DNA from: Nitrospirota bacterium
Lineage (GTDB): Bacteria > Nitrospirota > Thermodesulfovibrionia > Thermodesulfovibrionales > Dissulfurispiraceae
Length of the DNA stretch: 64,000 nt
Assembly (NCBI GenBank): GCA_963710375.1
Contig: CAVPZX010000002.1
Span: 352,001-416,000 of the forward strand
Direction of reading: 5' to 3'
Part shown: positions 57,404-64,000 of the stretch, one piece after another
Position numbering within the stretch: position 1 is the first letter of the stretch
Layout: the number at the start of each line of letters is the position of its first letter
Program-made: the position numbers and the translations under genes
The notes under the pieces: model-generated
Seen by the model: the letters and a program-made list of their open reading frames with translations, nothing else
Told to the model about the DNA's origin: nothing
Databases searched by the model: none

Positions 57404-59710
57404 TGACAAAACCTTGGAGATAGCCTCGCTCATCTGTTGAATCCTGTAGGGTTTCGTTATCACTCCGGCAAAGCCGTATTTTTTGAATTCGGACATTACA
57501 GGATCGGTAGAGTAGCCGCTCGACGCTATCGCCTTTGCCTCAGGGTCCATCTCCAGGATTTTCGCCACAGCCTCCTTACCACCCATCCCTCCGGGAATAG
57601 TCAGGTCCATTATCAATACCAGGAAGGGATTTTTCTCCTGAAGGGATTTCTTATAAAGGGCAACGGCCTTTTCTCCGTCTTCAGTGAATTGGACCTGGAA
57701 CCCCAGCATAGTCAGCATACCACCTGCTGTCTCTCTCACCAACTCTTCATCATCCATTACCAGTATGTTGCCATATCCCTTGGTCAGTGTGTCTTTTTCC
57801 GAATTGTCGGGATGGGCGTCTTCTCTCGTTGCGGGCAAGTATATAGTGAATGTTGTTCCCGCCCCGTCCTCTGACTCTACGGTTATATGCCCGCCGTGTT
57901 TTTTAAGTATGGAAAATACTGTGGCAAGCCCCAATCCGCTTCCGCGTGTTTTTGTGGTGAAGTAGGGGTCGAAGATCTTAGACAGGTGTTCTGAAGAAAT
58001 GCCTGTTCCGCTATCGGAGAAAACTATTTTTATGTAGTCCCCGGCAGGCAGGGTAGACACGATATTGGCCGAAAGGGTCAGGTTCTCCATCTTTACATTG
58101 ACTCTGCCGCCCTCTGGCATCGCGTGCATGGCGTTTATAGACAGGTTATTGAAGACCTGGGCCATCTGCCCCCTGTCTGCCTCAGTGTTCCATAAACCAT
58201 CGGATATGATGTAATTGCAACTAATATTGGAGCCTGAGAGCGCAAAATCAACTGACTCCCTGATCAGCTCAGCTATGGGGAGAGCCTTCTTTATAGGCGC
58301 ACCGCCTTTAGCAAAGGTCAATAGCTGCTGCGTCAGATCGGTCGCGCGTTTCGCTGCAGTCTCAGCAGCCGACAAGCGGGCATAGTCCTTATGTTCCGTA
58401 TCAAGATTGATTTTGACCAGGCTGATGTTGCCCATGATCCCTGTAAGCAAATTATTAAAATCATGGGCGATTCCCCCGGCCAGCAAGCCGAGTGACTCGA
58501 GTTTTTGCGAGCGGATTATTTCGTCCTGCAATTGCTTGTATTCTGACATGTCACGGAAAACACCCTCAATGCCTGCATATTGTCCGTTACGGTCAAACAA
58601 AAGATGACTGGACGCGGCGACAGGAACAGGCGTGCCGTCTTTTCGGCGCAGTGTGACCTCATAGTTATTAACCTTGCCTTTTTCGCGCAACTCACCTACC
58701 AGCGCGTCCCGCTCAACGGCATCGTAATAAAAAGTGTCACGTATGTTCCATCCCAGCACTTCTTCCAACGAATAGTATCCCAGGAGAATAATGCCCGAAG
58801 GACTGACCATGGTAAGCCTGCCTTCGGCGTCGCTCCTATAATAAACATCCTGCAAACTCTCAATTATGCCGCGAAAGCGCTGCTCGCTGTTTCTGAGATC
58901 TTCTTCCACATTTTTGGCTTCAGTTATGTCGGTGATAACGCCGACAAGCCCTGTCAGCTTTCCCTGTGTGTCTTCAAGTCTCTGAGCCGTCACGTATCCC
59001 CAGAAGGATGATCCATCCTTCCTTATGTAATGACGCTCACCGGCAACTGTTTTAAGGTCCCCGCTTATGAGGCAGCCCATCTTCCGTATGCTTTCGTCAA
59101 GGTCATCAGGATGAATATAATTGCCGTATGAAGACCCAATCACCTCATCAATAGAAAAACCCAGCATATCCGCCATTCTGCGGTTTGTGAAAATCAGTGT
59201 GCCATTCTGGTCGCCCAGCATGATGCCTGCCTGCGACGTTTCGAAGATGACGCGAAGCCGCTCCTCACTTTCCCGAAGAGCGTTTTCTCCCCTCTTGCGC
59301 TCGGTGATGTCGGTGAATGTCCTGACAAACCCTTTTCCGGGCAACGGATTGTGGGTCAGCAAACACCAGCGAGGTTCCCCATTTATCAGTTGCGGGAATT
59401 CGACTTGGAAAGTGGCGGGCTCATCGAGGTGAATGATGGCGCGGTCCAGCATTTGCTGGTCTTGCCCGGTCACTTCGGCCCATGTTTTCAGTATTTCCCG
59501 AAAATCGACACCCACCTCGACCGTGCCGTCCGGGAGTTGAAACATCTCCTCGAAATGCCGGTTAAAGGCCAACATGCGATAGTCCGGCCCAACTACTACC
59601 ATCCCATGAGTAATATGATCCAGAATAATATTCAGAACGTCTGATTGTTCAGAAAAACTTGTTTTATCGAACAAATTCCTGTGCTCGCCGGGTTCAGCCT
59701 TCATTGCCAT
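57398..59710 (-). CDS. Multi-PAS hybrid sensor histidine kinase
   Basis: Three PAS domains, AHDFNNLL, FDPYFTTK..GSGLGL, C-terminal receiver. Confidence 0.93.
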   Translation of the reverse strand: MAMKAEPGEHRNLFDKTSFSEQSDVLNIILDHITHGMVVVGPDYRMLAFNRHFEEMFQLPDGTVEVGVDFREILKTWAEVTGQDQQMLDRAIIHLDEPATFQVEFPQLINGEPRWCLLTHNPLPGKGFVRTFTDITERKRGENALRESEERLRVIFETSQAGIMLGDQNGTLIFTNRRMADMLGFSIDEVIGSSYGNYIHPDDLDESIRKMGCLISGDLKTVAGERHYIRKDGSSFWGYVTAQRLEDTQGKLTGLVGVITDITEAKNVEEDLRNSEQRFRGIIESLQDVYYRSDAEGRLTMVSPSGIILLGYYSLEEVLGWNIRDTFYYDAVERDALVGELREKGKVNNYEVTLRRKDGTPVPVAASSHLLFDRNGQYAGIEGVFRDMSEYKQLQDEIIRSQKLESLGLLAGGIAHDFNNLLTGIMGNISLVKINLDTEHKDYARLSAAETAAKRATDLTQQLLTFAKGGAPIKKALPIAELIRESVDFALSGSNISCNYIISDGLWNTEADRGQMAQVFNNLSINAMHAMPEGGRVNVKMENLTLSANIVSTLPAGDYIKIVFSDSGTGISSEHLSKIFDPYFTTKTRGSGLGLATVFSILKKHGGHITVESEDGAGTTFTIYLPATREDAHPDNSEKDTLTKGYGNILVMDDEELVRETAGGMLTMLGFQVQFTEDGEKAVALYKKSLQEKNPFLVLIMDLTIPGGMGGKEAVAKILEMDPEAKAIASSGYSTDPVMSEFKKYGFAGVITKPYRIQQMSEAISKVLSL

Positions 59711-59793
59711 CTCTCCAAGAGAAATATTATCAAGGATGCGCTTGAAACGAGGTGTACCAGAATAGGCCTATTCACAATAACAGGAGAGTTCGT

Positions 59794-61179
59794 CTACCCT
59801 ATTACAACGGAAGGCAAGATACCGATAACAAACACCATTACCACAGTAATAAGAAGGGCAAACCCTAGTGACGTAGAAGGGTGGATTACAGCCTCTCCTC
59901 CGGGCGCCTCCTTCATATACATGTTCATCACTACCCTTAGGTAGTAATAAGCAGAAATAACGCTGAAAATGACAGCTATGACTACCAGCCAGGTGTACCC
60001 GGCGTTGATTGCCGCCATAAAGATATTGAATTTTCCAACAAACCCCGCTGTCGGCGGTATCCCGGTAAGAGAAAACATAAATACGAGCATTAACGCTGCA
60101 ATAAGCGGACGGCTTTTTGCGAGACCATCGTAGTCCTTTATTTCTTCTCCCTTGTCGAGCATAATTACTACCGCAAAGGCGCCCATATTCATAAAAGCAT
60201 AGATAAGCATATACGTCATCATCGCCTGGCGGCCTGCGAGGGTCCCTGTAATAATTCCGAGAAGCATATAGCCGGCATGGGCAATAGACGAATAAGCCAA
60301 CATTCTTTTTATATTCGTCTGCACAAGGGCAAGGATGTTGCCTACTGCCATGGTGAGGATCGCGATGCCGATGAGCACGGCAGTCCAATCGGGCTGTACG
60401 TTCTGGAATGTCACATAAAATACCCTGCCGATAACCGCAAAACCTGCAGCCTTCGGACCAACCGACATGAAGGCTGTTATAGATGTGGGAGCGCCCTCAT
60501 AGACATCAGGGGCCCACATATGAAAAGGGACCGCCGCTATCTTAAAACAGAAAGAAACGGCAATTAGGAGCATACTCAGCAGCAGAGTTGTAGAAATTTC
60601 GGTCTGCTTCAATAGCTCTGCAATTTTATATAGATCTGTGGTTGCAGTTAATCCGTAAAGGAGTGATATTCCGTAAAGGAGTACTGCGGAGGAAAATGCC
60701 CCCAAAAGAAAATATTTCAGGGCTGCTTCGTTCGATTTGATATCATGACGCTTTATCCCGGCAAGTATATAAGTGCTCAGCGCCATGAGCTCGAGGCCCA
60801 AATAAAGGACAATAAAGTCCCTTGCCGATGCCATGATCATCATGCCGGCAGTGGCAAAGAGCAGCAGGCTGTAATATTCTCCGTATTCCGCTTTCTCCCG
60901 CTGTATATACTTTAGCGAAATCAATACGGTGAGGACCAAGTTGATAAGAAAGATCACTTTGAAATACATACTGTAGCTGTCGCTTATAAACATGCCGCCG
61001 AACGTTTCCCCGTAGCTTGCAGGCAGCACGTAGAATGTTGCGGCTGCAGCAATAATTCCAATAAGTGCAAGGACGCCTTTATCTTTAAATACAAGTTCGA
61101 GAATAAGAAGCAGCATTGCTGCTGAGGACACTATGATTTCGGGCTTCAGCGGCGCCAGATCAGGAAAGGGAATGTTCAT
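59794..61179 (-). CDS. nuoN: NADH-quinone oxidoreductase subunit N
   Basis: EAALKYF, FK...VPFHMWAPDVYEGAP, KRMLAYSSIAH. Confidence 0.96.
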   Translation of the reverse strand: MNIPFPDLAPLKPEIIVSSAAMLLLILELVFKDKGVLALIGIIAAAATFYVLPASYGETFGGMFISDSYSMYFKVIFLINLVLTVLISLKYIQREKAEYGEYYSLLLFATAGMMIMASARDFIVLYLGLELMALSTYILAGIKRHDIKSNEAALKYFLLGAFSSAVLLYGISLLYGLTATTDLYKIAELLKQTEISTTLLLSMLLIAVSFCFKIAAVPFHMWAPDVYEGAPTSITAFMSVGPKAAGFAVIGRVFYVTFQNVQPDWTAVLIGIAILTMAVGNILALVQTNIKRMLAYSSIAHAGYMLLGIITGTLAGRQAMMTYMLIYAFMNMGAFAVVIMLDKGEEIKDYDGLAKSRPLIAALMLVFMFSLTGIPPTAGFVGKFNIFMAAINAGYTWLVVIAVIFSVISAYYYLRVVMNMYMKEAPGGEAVIHPSTSLGFALLITVVMVFVIGILPSVVIG

Positions 61180-62684
61180 TGTATCACCTCAATTATATGC
61201 TGCGCCAAATTCTGCTGGACTGGCGTGTTGACTCTTGCAATCAGGTGCTGCACGGATACGTCCATAAAACTCAGAAAAGTATTGGGATACACCCCTATCC
61301 AGAAAACCAGGAGAATGAGCGGAAGGAGCGTCAGTATTTCCCTTAAATCTATGTCCTTGTGGCCCTGCATTTTCGGGTTAATCTCCAGGAAAAAGACCCT
61401 CTGGTATAGCCAGAGCATGTATGCAGCACCGATTATTATTCCGGTAGCAGATAGAGTTCCCATTAGTTTTGATGTGGTAAAACCTCCGAGGATTATAAGA
61501 AATTCACCGATGAAGCCGTTTGTACCCGGCAGTCCTATCGATGCAAGTGTGAGTACCATAAAAAGCGCTGCGTACACAGGAAAAACTGACGCTGCGCCGC
61601 CGTAATCGGCAATCTGTCTCGTGTGGGTCCTGTCATACACCATCCCTATGCAAAGGAACAGCCCGCCGGTTACGATCCCGTGGTTAATCATCTGCAGAAT
61701 GCCGCCCTGCAGACCCTGCATATTAAGCGCAAAGATGCCCAGGGTCACAAACCCCATATGGCTCACTGAACTGTAAGCAATAAGTCTTTTAAGGTCGGTC
61801 TGCCCGAGGCAAATTACCGCACCGTAAATAATTCCTATCACTGACAGTATCATCATTGCCGGCGCCATGGCCTTTGTCGCTTCCGGCAGTATGGGCATGC
61901 TGAATCTCAGGAATCCGTATGCCCCCATCTTTATCAGAATGCCGGCGAGGATAACACTTCCGGCAGTCGGCGCTTCGGTATGAGCGTCAGGCAGCCAGGT
62001 GTGCACCGGAAACATGGGGACTTTCACTGCAAATGCTGCGAAGAATGCCCAGAAAAGCATGACCTGTAGATTAAAAGGATAATTGGTTTCCATCATCTTC
62101 AGTACGTCAAAGCTATTTCCGGTGTTCAGATATAAGACGATAATGCCTATGAGCATAAGCACGCTGCCCACTAGCGTGAAAAGGAAAAACTTGATCGCTG
62201 CGTACACCCTGTTAGGCCCTCCCCATACCCCTATCAAAAGGAACATGGGTATAAGCATCGCCTCCCAAAAGATATAAAAGAGGAACATATCCAGGCTGCA
62301 GAATACGCCTATCATCGAGCCTTCAATTAGAAGCAGCGCGGCATAAAATTCCTTTGTTTTTAGTTTTATGCTTTTCCATGATACGGTCACGCAGAGGATG
62401 GTCAGCAGGGTGGAAAGCAGGACGAACAGGACACTTATGCCATCCACGCCCAGCGAATAATGTATGCCCCATGCCGGAATCCATTCACGCTTCTCCACAA
62501 ACTGCATGGCAGCCGTCGTTTTATCAAAACTGGTGAAAAGGGGCAGGCTCAGCACAAAATTGATTATGCTGACAGCCAGCGCCATCCACTTGATAAAAGT
62601 TTCGCTGGATCTCTTTGTTAAAAAGATAAGCAGCGCACCCAGTATGGGCAAGAAAATTACAGTGCTTAAAACCGGGTAATCCAT
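61176..62684 (-). CDS. nuoM: NADH-quinone oxidoreductase subunit M
   Basis: GVDGIS, FWE, KVPMFPVHTWLPDAH, LPGTNGFIGE. Confidence 0.96.
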   Translation of the reverse strand: MDYPVLSTVIFLPILGALLIFLTKRSSETFIKWMALAVSIINFVLSLPLFTSFDKTTAAMQFVEKREWIPAWGIHYSLGVDGISVLFVLLSTLLTILCVTVSWKSIKLKTKEFYAALLLIEGSMIGVFCSLDMFLFYIFWEAMLIPMFLLIGVWGGPNRVYAAIKFFLFTLVGSVLMLIGIIVLYLNTGNSFDVLKMMETNYPFNLQVMLFWAFFAAFAVKVPMFPVHTWLPDAHTEAPTAGSVILAGILIKMGAYGFLRFSMPILPEATKAMAPAMMILSVIGIIYGAVICLGQTDLKRLIAYSSVSHMGFVTLGIFALNMQGLQGGILQMINHGIVTGGLFLCIGMVYDRTHTRQIADYGGAASVFPVYAALFMVLTLASIGLPGTNGFIGEFLIILGGFTTSKLMGTLSATGIIIGAAYMLWLYQRVFFLEINPKMQGHKDIDLREILTLLPLILLVFWIGVYPNTFLSFMDVSVQHLIARVNTPVQQNLAQHIIEVIQ

Positions 62685-62706
62685 CCATCCTCCTAACTTC
62701 AGCTAA

Positions 62707-63999
62707 TTATTTTCCTACAGAAATCATTACCAGCGAAAACAGAATAAAAAACCCTATAGCCATAATTAATGCATAGTCCTGCACAGAACCGGTCTGCAGC
62801 TTTCTCAACCTTTGTCCGAAATCGGCAATCGCTTTAGGCACCCCATTGACAATGCCTTCTATGATTGTACCGTCCGTCACTGGTATGAGTATGCTTTTGG
62901 CAAGCCACATCGTCGGCCTGACAATAATAGCATCATATAATTCGTCAACATAGTATTTATTCCACAATACTGTATAAATACCTTTGAAGCCGGCAGCCAG
63001 GTTCTTTGGAATTTCGGGCTTTAATACATAGAATATCCATGAAACCAGTATGCCGCCCACCGCGCAAGCGATTGAAATGCCCATCACCATCCATTCCTCG
63101 TCTTCGCCTGCATGCACATGCGGGTGGCCAAGCACCGGGTGGAGGAAGTGGCCTATGAAATTACCGCCGCCCAATGTTTCAGATATCCCCAACCATCCGG
63201 CAGATATCGCTCCGACAGCGAGCAACATAAGCGGTATAGTCATCGACTTGGGCGATTCATGGAGATGATGCTCCTGCTCGTGGGTGCCCCTGAATTTTCC
63301 ATGAAATGCCAGGAAAATTATCCTGAAGCTGTAGAATGCGGTGAGCGCGGCGACCAGCGTTCCCATGGCCCAGACAATCCTGCCTACAGTGCCGCCGTTG
63401 TATGCCAGCCAGAGGATCTCATCTTTGCTGAAAAAGCCTGCAAGACCGGGGATACCGGCAATGCTCAGTGAAGCAATTAAAAATGTCCAGTAAGTAACCG
63501 GCATGTATTTTTTGAGCCCGCCCATCTTCTGTATATCCAGTTCGCCTGACATGGCGTGCATGACGCTGCCGGCTCCGAGGAACAACAATGCCTTAAAGTA
63601 TGCATGAGTAAAGAGGTGAAAGATGCCTGCACCGTAAGCGCCAACGCCGCAAGCCAGGAACATGTAACCGAGCTGACTTACTGTGGAATATGCGACTATA
63701 CGCTTGATATCATTTTGCACCAGGGCAATGGTTGCGGCAAACAAGCTCGTTACCGCGCCAGTAATGGCCACAACACCCATTGCAACGGGCGAGAGACTGA
63801 ATACGGGGTTAAACCTTGCCACCATGAATACACCGGCTGTTACCATAGTGGCCGCGTGTATAAGCGCGCTAACCGGTGTCGGGCCCTCCATTGCATCAGG
63901 CAGCCAGACATGGAGCGGTATCTGTGCTGATTTGCCGACTGCCCCGCAAAACAGCAGCAGCGCAATAAGGGTTATAAGATCTACGTTATACCCGAAAAG
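62707..63999 (-). CDS. nuoL: NADH-quinone oxidoreductase subunit L, 5' partial
   Basis: GKSAQIPLHVWLPDAMEGPTPVSALIHAATMV; frame open to the window end. Confidence 0.96.
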   Translation of the reverse strand, partial: LFGYNVDLITLIALLLFCGAVGKSAQIPLHVWLPDAMEGPTPVSALIHAATMVTAGVFMVARFNPVFSLSPVAMGVVAITGAVTSLFAATIALVQNDIKRIVAYSTVSQLGYMFLACGVGAYGAGIFHLFTHAYFKALLFLGAGSVMHAMSGELDIQKMGGLKKYMPVTYWTFLIASLSIAGIPGLAGFFSKDEILWLAYNGGTVGRIVWAMGTLVAALTAFYSFRIIFLAFHGKFRGTHEQEHHLHESPKSMTIPLMLLAVGAISAGWLGISETLGGGNFIGHFLHPVLGHPHVHAGEDEEWMVMGISIACAVGGILVSWIFYVLKPEIPKNLAAGFKGIYTVLWNKYYVDELYDAIIVRPTMWLAKSILIPVTDGTIIEGIVNGVPKAIADFGQRLRKLQTGSVQDYALIMAIGFFILFSLVMISVGK

Positions 64000-64000
64000 A

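Noticed and set aside
59768..60388. Cys-rich 206-aa ORF
   Set aside because: Alternative frame inside nuoN; composition is a by-product of hydrophobic codons.

Overview
Chromosomal window from an anaerobic bacterium. Gene order and content (tungsten-type AOR, FprA/rubrerythrin, selB/selD, nuoLMN, rpsU-yqeY-dnaG-rpoD-tRNA) suggest Nitrospirota (Thermodesulfovibrionales-like) or a deltaproteobacterium-like lineage; this taxonomy is inference. About 1-33 kb is mostly housekeeping genes, punctuated by six palindromic intergenic elements built from tandem 6-7-mers and one MITE-like element inserted in frame in an L,D-transpeptidase gene. About 33-52 kb is an accessory region: a serC + TPR/ATP-grasp pair, a minus-strand unit (small ORF, dGTPase-like HD protein, PLD, hypothetical) in which each gene is directly preceded by a terminator-like hairpin, U-tract and RBS, an orphan ParM/ParR-like pair with phased repeats, AOR, three toxin-antitoxin loci and a complete IS21-family element. 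About 52-64 kb holds an oxidative-stress cluster, a PAS hybrid kinase and nuoN-M-L. Two selenoproteins missed by the ORF track are readable directly from the DNA (SelD and a UxxC thioredoxin-TPR protein), each with a SECIS-like hairpin. No rRNA or CRISPR array was seen. All product calls come from motif recognition by eye, not database searches.
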